IMG/VR virus record: IMGVR_UViG_3300006737_000117
Location: 1-29,718 of that record
Length of the DNA stretch: 29,718 bases
Strand: one strand, 5' to 3'
Origin: a virus
Lineage: Duplodnaviria; Caudoviricetes
Shown here: positions 7,560 through 15,701 of the stretch, in pieces
Position numbering within the stretch: the first letter of the stretch is position 1
How the letters are laid out: the number at the start of each line of letters is the position of its first letter
Program-made: the position numbers and the translations under genes
The notes under the pieces: model-generated
What the model saw: only the letters and a program-made list of their open reading frames with translations
The model's database searches: none
Told to the model about the DNA's origin: nothing

Positions 7560-7615
7560 AGAGACATCTATCTCTCTTACCTTTCCACAACTCTTACAGT
7601 GGGATAGGTGTCTCT
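7560..7615 (+). promoter_or_regulatory. long stem with a CU-rich loop between the Ubl operon and the replication module
   Basis: 15-bp stem agagacatctatctc/gggataggtgtctct (with G-U pairs) and a 26-nt pyrimidine-rich loop. Confidence 0.5.
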
Positions 7616-7629
7616 AAATATGGAGTGAT

Positions 7630-8493
7630 ATGTTAAAAGTAAATACAGTAAGTACAAAATGGTCTGATGATTTACCAGGTGGTATAACTTGGTTTTTTAT
7701 TGGGCAACCAAAGACAGGTAAAACTACACAAGCAGCATCATGGTCAAAAAAAGGTAACGAAGGAGTTCTAGTAATAGATACTGACTTAGGAGCTGATTTT
7801 GTAGATAGAGCTAATGTAGTTACCTGCTGCGCATTAAATCCTCCAGTACGTACGCAAATGAAAGATGGTATAGCAGTTACTAAAAATGGTCAAGAAGTAA
7901 TAGAGATAGTCCCCACAAATGAGAGAGGATTTTATCACAGAGGTGGACCAGATAAAGGTAAGCAATGCCACGTTTATTCATTAGCTGAAATACTAGCTGA
8001 TTTAATGAAAAACTGGGACGAATACCCTTACGATACAGTGGTTATTGACACAATAGATCAAGTTAATACTTGGATTGAAGATGTTGTCAAAGCTGACCAA
8101 GGTATTGAAAATATGGGTGACGGTTCCTGGGGTGCAGATTGGGCAGCAGCAAAGAAAAAGAACGCAGATATAGTCAAAAAGTTGCAAGACTTTATGAAAA
8201 AAGTAGGCGGTAATCTTATTCTTATATCACATGCAAAGCAAACAGCTATGACTGATGATAAAGCTCAATTATCCCCTTCTCTACCTAGTGGTCTAGGGAG
8301 AGCATTATGTGCTAAAGCAGATGTAATCGGCTATGCAACCGTAAATAAATCTACTCAAGATTATGAAATATCATTTGAAGGGTATGATGAACGTATGGTT
8401 GGTAGCAGATTAGCGCCATTAGCACAAAAGAAACTACCGTTCGACTATGAAGCGGTTATTAACGAAATAAAATCCTATAAGGAGGAAAAATAG
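7630..8493 (+). CDS. phage AAA-family ATPase (AAA_24/Sak4-like recombination protein)
   Basis: Walker A GQPKTGKT, Walker B VVIDTID, LISHAK, ADVIGY; precedes SSB-like and primase genes. Confidence 0.8.
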   Translation: MLKVNTVSTKWSDDLPGGITWFFIGQPKTGKTTQAASWSKKGNEGVLVIDTDLGADFVDRANVVTCCALNPPVRTQMKDGIAVTKNGQEVIEIVPTNERGFYHRGGPDKGKQCHVYSLAEILADLMKNWDEYPYDTVVIDTIDQVNTWIEDVVKADQGIENMGDGSWGADWAAAKKKNADIVKKLQDFMKKVGGNLILISHAKQTAMTDDKAQLSPSLPSGLGRALCAKADVIGYATVNKSTQDYEISFEGYDERMVGSRLAPLAQKKLPFDYEAVINEIKSYKEEK

Positions 8494-9093
8494 ATGGCAA
8501 TTATGAGATCTACTATCAAGAGTGGTGGCGGAGGCGACTGGCTTGGTATAAAAACTGGAACTATAAATAAAATAACTGATGAATCGGCAAAATATGATTG
8601 GGCTGATGTATATCTAGTAGTTGAGTTTATGGTTGAAGGCTCAGAATATCCTAGAGTTATGAAAATAGCAGGTTCTTATGATAAAGAGCCTAATGGGATG
8701 ATTAAAGACTGTTCACTACTTAAGAAAATAACTTATTTCTTCGATGCAATCGGTGAAATGGGTGGTCCTAATCAAGATGGATCATGGGTAAATGAAACAG
8801 AAGAACCAGTATCTGATATTGTTGCTCATCTTCAGAAGTATGTAGGCCAAACACTAACTATTTATGTATTTAAAGAGTTAGCTAAAAATGGCCAAGCTTA
8901 TACAAGAGTGCACAATAAAGTGTTACCTGTATCAGCTAAATCTGAAGAAGAGTTAACAGGCTATATCAACTTTCTAAAGTCTAAAGGTTTCTTAAAAGAA
9001 GCACCTGCAGACATGAGTAACCCCGCTCAGAAAGTAGAAATGAATGGCACTGGTAGTATTGCTAATGGGAACCTGGATATTGCAAGCCTATAA
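8494..9093 (+). CDS. putative single-stranded DNA-binding protein
   Basis: Position directly after a Sak4-like ATPase, beta-rich N-terminal region and flexible tail; the function is inferred from context. Confidence 0.45.
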   Translation: MAIMRSTIKSGGGGDWLGIKTGTINKITDESAKYDWADVYLVVEFMVEGSEYPRVMKIAGSYDKEPNGMIKDCSLLKKITYFFDAIGEMGGPNQDGSWVNETEEPVSDIVAHLQKYVGQTLTIYVFKELAKNGQAYTRVHNKVLPVSAKSEEELTGYINFLKSKGFLKEAPADMSNPAQKVEMNGTGSIANGNLDIASL

Positions 9094-10858
9094 TTTTATA
9101 GAAATTGCAAAAGAGACGCCTCGGAAACGGGGCGTACTCATCCCATATAGCGAGTTGTCTTCTCATATAGGAGATGTGCCATTATATCGTTCAATGTATC
9201 GATATGATGAGAAAGCTGTTGATTTTGCTGATGCAAATAATAACAGTATGAGGAATTATTATGGTACTAGAGCTATTGACAACATTTTAATTGATGTTGA
9301 CAGAGAGCAGAATACAGACGATTACACATTAAAGAAGTGTCAGCAGATTGTCTACTCACTTACAAACGATTATGACCTTCAAGAACATAATTTCCGTGTA
9401 TACTTCTCAGGCTCTGGCTACCATATTACTATTCCAAATTCAGTTTTTAACTTTACACCACAAGAGGAACTTCCCTTCCACGTAAAAGAAACAATGGTAA
9501 AGTTATTTCCAGAGATTGATTCTATGGTATATATGAGAACTGGATTATATAGAGTTGCACACACTATAAATAAAAAGACAGGACTATATAAGGTTCCATT
9601 AACCTTTTCGGAAACGATGGGGTGCACGTGGCAAAAAATTCACGACTTAGCAAAGACTCCTAGATTAGAATTTCCATATACAGAATTATTTGGAGATGGT
9701 GAACTAGAAGAATTAAAAGTTAGTGAAGTAACCATAAGCCGACCGATGGGTAAGGTAATGGAACCTAGAAAAATAGCTACTTGCGTACAAACTATGTTTA
9801 GCCAAGGACCTCAACAAGGATCAAGACACAAGACAATGCTTAGAATGATTTCACATTATAGACGAAACGGAATACCATCATCAGCAGCGAAAGCTATAAT
9901 GATAGAATGGAATGACGGACAGTTAAATGAACAAGAAGTAATTGATCAAGTCGAATATTCTTATAACAAGGGTTACAAGTATGGATGTAATGATGAACTC
10001 ATGTCATCACTATGTAATCCTAAATGTATTCATTATAAAAGAAAAGACTATTTAGTCGATGTAATGAGTGCTGAAGATATGCAAGCAAACCTAAGTGAAA
10101 GATTAACAACTGACTTTACAGGTAGAAGTTATAATTTTTCTAAACAACTTGGACTTAATGTCGATTGTACATTTTATCCAGGCGACCTAGTAACAATATT
10201 TGGCCCTACAGGTAGTAGTAAGACCACATTGGCACACAATATAGCGCTAGGATACGACCATTTTAATGATAGAATCGATGAAAATTCTCAAGTATCAACT
10301 TTATATTTATCTTTAGAGTTGGCAGGTTGGTATATGCATAGAAGAAGTCTTCAAATTGCAGCTAATCAGAGTAAAGAAGCAGTAACAGCGGACTATAAAT
10401 CTATATATCCGTTAGTAGCTGATAAAGTAAAGCATATTAATGTACAAACTGTCGCCCCTACTTTAGAGCAGATACAAACAAAAATAACAGAACTACAACC
10501 ATCTATGGTAATCGTGGATTATATTGATTTAGTTGAAACCCCTCCATCAGTGAGAGGAGAATATGAACAGATTAAATATATTTCCCATGGATTGTCGAAC
10601 ATGGCAGTTAACAATGACGTTATTATTGTTCAGGTATCGCAGGTAAGTAGAGACTACAGCAGAAACGAAGTACTCGATCTATATGCTGGTAAAGGCTCTG
10701 GAGCAATTGAAAACGCTTCAAGAAAAGTTATTGGGTTAAATGGGCAAGCCAATTCACCTAATAAAGAGGTCAAGTTATTTAAAAACACTGATGGAGAGTT
10801 ATTCGAAGCAATGCTTGAATGGACACCATCATTCAGACTACGGAGGATAAATGTCTAA
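9044..10858 (+). CDS. primase-helicase fusion: AEP primase/polymerase, helical/Cys-cluster domain and DnaB/RecA-like helicase
   Basis: AEP motifs IDVD, FSGSGYH, D..VY..TGLYR; GSRH PriCT-like helix; C-x8-C-x3-C cluster; helicase GPTGSSKTT, YLSLEL, IVDYIDL, SQVSR, GSGAIE. The true start may be slightly downstream. Confidence 0.85.
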   Translation: MALVVLLMGTWILQAYNFIEIAKETPRKRGVLIPYSELSSHIGDVPLYRSMYRYDEKAVDFADANNNSMRNYYGTRAIDNILIDVDREQNTDDYTLKKCQQIVYSLTNDYDLQEHNFRVYFSGSGYHITIPNSVFNFTPQEELPFHVKETMVKLFPEIDSMVYMRTGLYRVAHTINKKTGLYKVPLTFSETMGCTWQKIHDLAKTPRLEFPYTELFGDGELEELKVSEVTISRPMGKVMEPRKIATCVQTMFSQGPQQGSRHKTMLRMISHYRRNGIPSSAAKAIMIEWNDGQLNEQEVIDQVEYSYNKGYKYGCNDELMSSLCNPKCIHYKRKDYLVDVMSAEDMQANLSERLTTDFTGRSYNFSKQLGLNVDCTFYPGDLVTIFGPTGSSKTTLAHNIALGYDHFNDRIDENSQVSTLYLSLELAGWYMHRRSLQIAANQSKEAVTADYKSIYPLVADKVKHINVQTVAPTLEQIQTKITELQPSMVIVDYIDLVETPPSVRGEYEQIKYISHGLSNMAVNNDVIIVQVSQVSRDYSRNEVLDLYAGKGSGAIENASRKVIGLNGQANSPNKEVKLFKNTDGELFEAMLEWTPSFRLRRINV

Positions 10859-11405
10859 CAAACCAACTACAAGAGATCTAATTGGAACTCTTATTGACCT
10901 TCAAGTAGATAGAGATAATCAAGAGCTAATAGAACCAGATAATGCTGGGCCGTTAGCTTTAATTGATGATGCTATTGAAGAAGTTAAAAAAGAAATCGCC
11001 AATAAAACGTCAGGTATTGATCATTTTATTGTAACGATGAATAAAAAAACTAATCTTATCGATGCTGAAATAAAGACGCATATGGATGAGGTTAAGAGAT
11101 TACGTGGCAGAAAAAACGCAATCAAAAGAACAGAAGAATATTTCAATAAAGAATTATTACCTATGATTATAGATACATGTGGTAATGATGGAGTTTTCCA
11201 GACAGACACAACAAGATATAAGATGTTTGAGACCTGGGGACCAATTGAAATAACTGATGAAGAAGCCATTAACGATAACTACAAACGTTTTAAAGTTGAA
11301 ATAGATAAAAAGAAAGCAAGACAAGATGCGATAACTGCTGCAGAAGACGGCATGGGCATCTCAGGATTCTCTATTCAAAAAGTAAAACGAGTTAGGAGGT
11401 CTTAA
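10851..11405 (+). CDS. Siphovirus Gp157-like coiled-coil protein
   Basis: Coiled coil (EIKTHMDEVKRLRGRK) and C-terminal IEITDEEAI..Y...IDKK..G pattern. Confidence 0.7.
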   Translation: MSNKPTTRDLIGTLIDLQVDRDNQELIEPDNAGPLALIDDAIEEVKKEIANKTSGIDHFIVTMNKKTNLIDAEIKTHMDEVKRLRGRKNAIKRTEEYFNKELLPMIIDTCGNDGVFQTDTTRYKMFETWGPIEITDEEAINDNYKRFKVEIDKKKARQDAITAAEDGMGISGFSIQKVKRVRRS

Positions 11406-11563
11406 TGATACAGGTGACTTATGATGATGGAGCGTGTTTATTAACACTATTTAGGGTATTCGGTATAGGATATACTAAAGTGAATGCAGAAGATGAAAAG
11501 TCTATTACTTTTACAATAAACATAGGAAAAATACACACGTTCTTCACATTGGCCTGGATATAG
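11405..11563 (+). CDS. hypothetical protein (52 aa)
   Basis: Manual translation MIQVTYDDGACLLTLFRVFGIGYTKVNAEDEKSITFTINIGKIHTFFTLAWI*; TAATG coupling; SD AGGAGG. Confidence 0.6.
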   Translation: MIQVTYDDGACLLTLFRVFGIGYTKVNAEDEKSITFTINIGKIHTFFTLAWI

Positions 11564-11574
11564 GAGGGTTAAAT

Positions 11575-12060
11575 GTGGCTTATAATAAGAATATAAAACA
11601 TAGAGGAAAGATAAGATATTGGGAAGATCGATTCACAAAAGTGTTACAAAAACACCACGGCACACACGCCAAAAAAATCTTTCATAGGCTTATGAAGAAG
11701 ACCTCTACGTTAAAATCATCATTAAAGAAAAGGAGTAAGGAATATGAAGTCGTATTTGATATCACTTTGGAACAAATCAGAAAACTTTTTTTACGATTTT
11801 ATGGGAAAAAGTGTAGGTATTGCCCTGATGTATTGCTGGTATCTAATATTGTATGCGACCATATGTACCCTCTTTCTTTGGGTGGTGATTCAACTCCTGG
11901 AAATCTCACCATAATATGTAAAAGGTGTAATACTAGAAAAGGACACCTTACAGATAAGGAATATATTTCTCTGTTAAACTTTCTAAAAAAGAAACCAGAC
12001 AACATGAGGAATTACGTATTACGCAAACTTGCAAAGGGGGATAGCTTCGGTGAGAGTTAA
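11575..12060 (+). CDS. HNH endonuclease
   Basis: CRYC...CDHMYPLSLGG...NLTIICKRCNTRKG; GTG start with SD AGGAGG. Confidence 0.9.
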   Translation: MAYNKNIKHRGKIRYWEDRFTKVLQKHHGTHAKKIFHRLMKKTSTLKSSLKKRSKEYEVVFDITLEQIRKLFLRFYGKKCRYCPDVLLVSNIVCDHMYPLSLGGDSTPGNLTIICKRCNTRKGHLTDKEYISLLNFLKKKPDNMRNYVLRKLAKGDSFGES

Positions 12061-12061
12061 C

Positions 12062-12403
12062 ATGGTAAATATAGTAAAGGGGTTTATAATAGCTAAACCT
12101 GAACTGGCGGATAGTGACGTTGAATTAATATATGCAATATGGGCATGGCAGCTCAAAAATGACAAACCATCTAAAGATGTGACTAAGATGACAGCCAAAG
12201 AACTTATGAAACAATGGAAAGACGGAAATATATCATCCGCATTCAATATTTCAAGGTCAAGGCGTAAATGTCAGCAGCATTATCCCGAAACACGTGGAGA
12301 GTCTTATGTCAAAAAGCAAAAACATCAGGAAAGAATTATCAAAGATGTCAAAAGAGAGACTGATAACGCAAATAGAGTTTTATCAGAAGGACTTGGAGAT
12401 TAA
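12062..12403 (+). CDS. hypothetical protein
   Basis: ORF 12029..12403; the ATG at 12062 follows the HNH stop directly. Confidence 0.7.
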   Translation: MVNIVKGFIIAKPELADSDVELIYAIWAWQLKNDKPSKDVTKMTAKELMKQWKDGNISSAFNISRSRRKCQQHYPETRGESYVKKQKHQERIIKDVKRETDNANRVLSEGLGD

Positions 12404-12521
12404 ATCATCAAGAGCGCTTAAGTACTATAGTGCTTTTAATTATTTAATGGAACACTTTGATCATTTACCTGATGACATAAAAAAAGAAGTAGATAAAAGA
12501 CTTAAAGAAATAGGTCTTTAA
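12345..12521 (+). CDS. hypothetical protein
   Basis: 3' part of ORF 12294..12521; start uncertain. Confidence 0.5.
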   Translation: MSKERLITQIEFYQKDLEIKSSRALKYYSAFNYLMEHFDHLPDDIKKEVDKRLKEIGL

Positions 12522-12527
12522 AAAAAC

Positions 12528-12667
12528 TATAGATGCAGGCACAATACAAGGTATCTATTCTTATAGAGTAGAATTTCTCGTCGGGATATTGAGTGGCTGG
12601 AAGTTGCACTAAACTAGGGGATAATAAAGCCTGGTTAACATAAAAACTCTAAAGTCCTGCATCTATA
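12528..12667 (+). ncRNA. putative structured RNA element (multibranch)
   Basis: Perfect 12-bp closing stem tatagatgcagg/cctgcatctata, inner tagagt/actcta, and hairpins agtg/cact and aactagg/cctggtt. Confidence 0.5.
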
Positions 12668-12682
12668 AAAAAAGGAGAAACG

Positions 12683-12871
12683 ATGGCGCAAGGTGATAGT
12701 CTTTTTTATAGACTTAAAAATGTAAAGTTAGTACCAGATAATTATGGTATGACAATAGAAGTAAAAATGGTAAGCGTCCACAAAGGCGATGGAACTTTTG
12801 TAAAAAACTTAAAAATTGATGATGATGCTTTAAAGATTATCAAGGAAGGTTGGATTGTTTACAATGAGTAA
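12683..12871 (+). CDS. hypothetical protein
   Basis: 62 aa; SD AAGGAG at 12672-12677. Confidence 0.7.
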   Translation: MAQGDSLFYRLKNVKLVPDNYGMTIEVKMVSVHKGDGTFVKNLKIDDDALKIIKEGWIVYNE

Positions 12872-12965
12872 ATATAAAATGACAAAGTGCACTGCTTGTC
12901 AAAGATTTATTTCAGCTGCAGCATGCAACTTTGGATGTCCTTATTGTGGATACACAGACGGCTGA
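12864..12965 (+). CDS. small Cys-rich zinc-finger protein; TGA may be read as Sec (then ends at 13124)
   Basis: Manual translation MSKYKMTKCTACQRFISAAACNFGCPYCGYTDG-TGA; overlaps the previous stop. Confidence 0.65.
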   Translation: MSKYKMTKCTACQRFISAAACNFGCPYCGYTDG

Positions 12966-13008
12966 GATACAACTATACCTCCGTTGGAGGAAATTAAAGG
13001 AGTCGGCA

Positions 13009-13176
13009 ATGACAAAAAAAGATTACGAATTGATGGCAGCAGTAATGAAAAGCCACAGCGTATTACATCAGAAAGCAACGAAAGCGATCATGGACTCGCT
13101 GATAGTTCATCTAAAAAAGGATAATGAGAAGTTTGATGAGGCTACATTTAAGGAAGCAAGTGGATTTATTGACTAA
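13009..13176 (+). CDS. hypothetical small phage protein
   Basis: MTKKDYELMAA...DNEKFDEATFKEA; SD AAGGAG upstream of the ATG at 13009, preferred over the 12931 start. Confidence 0.7.
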   Translation: MTKKDYELMAAVMKSHSVLHQKATKAIMDSLIVHLKKDNEKFDEATFKEASGFID

Positions 13177-13215
13177 AATAAAAAACTTTATTAAATTTAG
13201 TTACGAACACTTTAA

Positions 13216-13438
13216 GGGGGAGAAATCGTACTTTAGGAGTTTAGTGTCGCTAAGTCCTGCGATACGGATAACTCCCCCAAATCTTATTTATTGCGAACAA
13301 GACGCAATATCAAAAATAAAAAGGGCCTCTATAACCCTGTGCGTAGATGAAACTATTGAGGAATCAAACTATGTACAAGGGCTGAGGCCCTTAGTAATTC
13401 CTACGCAAGTAAAACATAGCGACACCATCCTCAATAGT
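13216..13438 (+). ncRNA. putative structured RNA: two stem domains, the second with a pseudoknot
   Basis: gggggag/ctccccc (13216-13278); aagggcctc/gaggccctt (13321-13392); loop 13352-13362 is complementary to 13428-13438. Confidence 0.5.
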
Positions 13439-13643
13439 ACACCAAGCTACCCAATTAAATCAAACATAACAACACATAACTGGAGATTTTATGATAAGTA
13501 AGATTTACAGCAGTAATCAAATATTATTTGCAGCTGGTTCTAGAAAAGGAAAGACCAAGAAACAGATTGCTAATATGGTACGAAACAGACAGTATAAGAA
13601 GAAGACTTATACAAAAACGATAAACAAAAAGGAGAGCTATAAA

Positions 13644-13892
13644 ATGGCTTTTATTAAGTTAGGAAAAAGCACTTTATTTATTAATAAAGATGCTACAGAA
13701 GAAAACAGACAACCTCATTTTAGAGGTAACATTACGATAGATCACGATATTCCTAAAGGCGCAAGCATAGGACTAGCAGGTTGGTTAAATGAAAAAGGTA
13801 GTGATAAATCATTATTCTTTGCTATTTCAGCCAAAGAGGACGAACTGTCTAGTATTAACACGGATGACAAGGAGTCGGACACGCCATTCTAA
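13644..13892 (+). CDS. DUF736-like small ssDNA-binding protein with an SSB-like acidic tail
   Basis: ENRQPHFRG...GLAGW pattern; C-terminus DDKESDTPF; SD AAGGAG before the ATG at 13644 (frame is open from 13491). Confidence 0.55.
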   Translation: MAFIKLGKSTLFINKDATEENRQPHFRGNITIDHDIPKGASIGLAGWLNEKGSDKSLFFAISAKEDELSSINTDDKESDTPF

Positions 13893-13986
13893 TGGAAATG
13901 GATGAAATTAGGATGGTTCTTGAATTACGCCCTATAATAGGAGTTAGAGAGGCTATTCTAAATATCCTTAATCAACGGGAGGTATA

Positions 13987-14220
13987 ATGGCTACACTGGT
14001 AAACCTTAGTAATGCACAAGATGCAAAGCTTCGTGCAGAAAGCAAAAAAAACTCTGGCCCAAAAGCGTATTATCTAAAAGAATACCAAGGTCTTGATGTT
14101 GTAACTAGAGCTAAAAAAGCTGCTATGTTAGCATCAGATAATGGTAGATGTTGGTGGGTACATGACTGGGTATTCAGAGAATTAACATGGAGGGATCCAA
14201 ATGCGACTAGCAGAACATAA
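13987..14220 (+). CDS. hypothetical protein
   Basis: 77 aa; SD GGAGGT. Confidence 0.7.
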   Translation: MATLVNLSNAQDAKLRAESKKNSGPKAYYLKEYQGLDVVTRAKKAAMLASDNGRCWWVHDWVFRELTWRDPNATSRT

Positions 14221-14665
14221 TGAACTTCTAGAAGATATATTTGATGAAGTTCGTAAGATACGATTAGCTGGTCAGAAGGAATACGCTCACGACAAAGACA
14301 ATTGTTTTGCAAACTTTGAAAGAATTGCAAATTTACAAGGCTTAAGTCGTGAGACGATTCTAATGACATATGTATTTAAGCATATTGACGGAATACAATC
14401 GTATGTAAAAGGACATAAAAGTCAGCGTGAAGACGTTAGGGGTCGAATCGTTGATATAATAGTTTACTTAACTTTATTATGGGGAATGGCTGATCAAGAC
14501 GATATTAATGATGAATTTCATAAAAATGAAGATTCGTTAATAGATGAAGCAGTTAGTGCCGAAAAGCATATGCGAGAGCAAATGTTTAAAGGTGAATGGA
14601 AGCCAGAACCAAATAGATTCAAAGTGGAGGGCTACAGCCATGAAACAGGAGAAAGAGAAGAGTAA
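14201..14665 (+). CDS. DUF1599-like / all-alpha nucleotide pyrophosphatase-like protein
   Basis: KEYA...FANFER...KH...E...RIVDIIVY pattern seen in phage nucleotide-modification-associated all-alpha proteins. Confidence 0.5.
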   Translation: MRLAEHNELLEDIFDEVRKIRLAGQKEYAHDKDNCFANFERIANLQGLSRETILMTYVFKHIDGIQSYVKGHKSQREDVRGRIVDIIVYLTLLWGMADQDDINDEFHKNEDSLIDEAVSAEKHMREQMFKGEWKPEPNRFKVEGYSHETGEREE

Positions 14666-14933
14666 ACCCTGGAAAAACGCTGAGGATTATTGCAATGCTG
14701 TGGTTCGCTCAGAAAACGGAGACGTAGGCTTTTTAGCTTGGAGATTTCTTATAGGATGTCGTATATTAGAGAGTCTGGAAGACATGATGGGATGCCCCGA
14801 AAAGGGCACAGACGTTCAAGTAATTCATGTCAACCAGGACCATTCTAAATTACGTTTAGGCCATTATGAAATCTCTTTGGCATACAAGCCCGAGGGTCTG
14901 GATAAACCGTTAAATGAGCCGAACTCAGAGTAG
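14640..14933 (+). CDS. hypothetical protein
   Basis: 3' part of ORF 14544..14933; the ATG at 14640 is preceded by GGAGG. Confidence 0.55.
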   Translation: MKQEKEKSKPWKNAEDYCNAVVRSENGDVGFLAWRFLIGCRILESLEDMMGCPEKGTDVQVIHVNQDHSKLRLGHYEISLAYKPEGLDKPLNEPNSE

Positions 14934-14954
14934 ACCTCAGCCAAGAGGCAATAC

Positions 14955-14986
14955 TTTATAGGGGGAGTTAAATCTCCCCTTATAAA
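14955..14986. terminator. bidirectional intrinsic terminator at the convergence point
   Basis: Hairpin tttatagggggag-ttaaat-ctccccttataaa between the converging + and - blocks. Confidence 0.65.
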
Positions 14987-15675
14987 ACAAAATCCTCAAC
15001 ATCTATAGCTAATAAAGGAGCATAATGATTTTCAGTTGTTTGAACTGATGCATGCCCTAAAAGCTTAGATGTTTCATATATACCTATTTTTTTTATCATA
15101 CGTAATCCAAAAGTACGACGTAGATCATGTAAAGTGCCTTTAATCCCCAACCTTTTCATATTATCTCTAAAAGCACGACTTGCTGTGCAGGCAGTATATT
15201 TCCACTTCTCACCTCTTTCTAAAACTTCTTGAGCCTGGCGATTTGTTCTAATAAGCCTATCCCCTCCCTTACTTTTAGCTTTGATATAATGGCCGTGATC
15301 TTCGAAGTCATAAGAACGTACCTCACATTGCCTAGCACCAGTATAATATATAAACCTCACCATTTCTTGAAAATGTAGTGGGGTTATAAGTGTTAGTATT
15401 TTTTTTAATTCATCATCAGAGAAAACACGGGTTTTACGGGTAAATTTATTACCACCTACCATTGGCTTATGAATATCAGTTAATCCTTCCTCTAAACACC
15501 ATTTACTGAGCCTATTTAGGCATCTTATAATCATAGCTCTATAGTTAGTATCAGGAAAACCATCAAGTGCATAACGATTAAGACTTTTTTCGTATATACC
15601 TTTGGTATTGGGTGACCAGCCGTGATCAGCTGTTAAAAATTGTTCTTTAAATGGGATTACGTGCTCAAAAGACAT
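14980..15675 (-). CDS. int: tyrosine recombinase/integrase (short, 231 aa)
   Basis: Catalytic set: YTGAR (R), KSKGG (K), HDLRR (HxxR), LLGH, HY (Y). SD AGGAGT upstream. Confidence 0.9.
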   Translation of the reverse strand: MSFEHVIPFKEQFLTADHGWSPNTKGIYEKSLNRYALDGFPDTNYRAMIIRCLNRLSKWCLEEGLTDIHKPMVGGNKFTRKTRVFSDDELKKILTLITPLHFQEMVRFIYYTGARQCEVRSYDFEDHGHYIKAKSKGGDRLIRTNRQAQEVLERGEKWKYTACTASRAFRDNMKRLGIKGTLHDLRRTFGLRMIKKIGIYETSKLLGHASVQTTENHYAPLLAIDVEDFVL

Positions 15676-15701
15676 ATGTTACTCCTAGTAGCGAAGTAAC
15701 A

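Noticed and set aside
11575-12060. HNH as an intron- or intein-encoded homing endonuclease
   Set aside because: Free-standing with its own SD; flanking genes are not split and no intron core is evident.
12931-13008. N-terminal extension of ORF 12931..13176
   Set aside because: TTG start without an SD; the ATG at 13009 has AAGGAG, and the upstream part belongs to the Zn-finger gene.
13124-13501. 125-aa ORF
   Set aside because: No SD, overlaps the previous gene and spans strongly base-paired elements; more likely non-coding, though not excluded.
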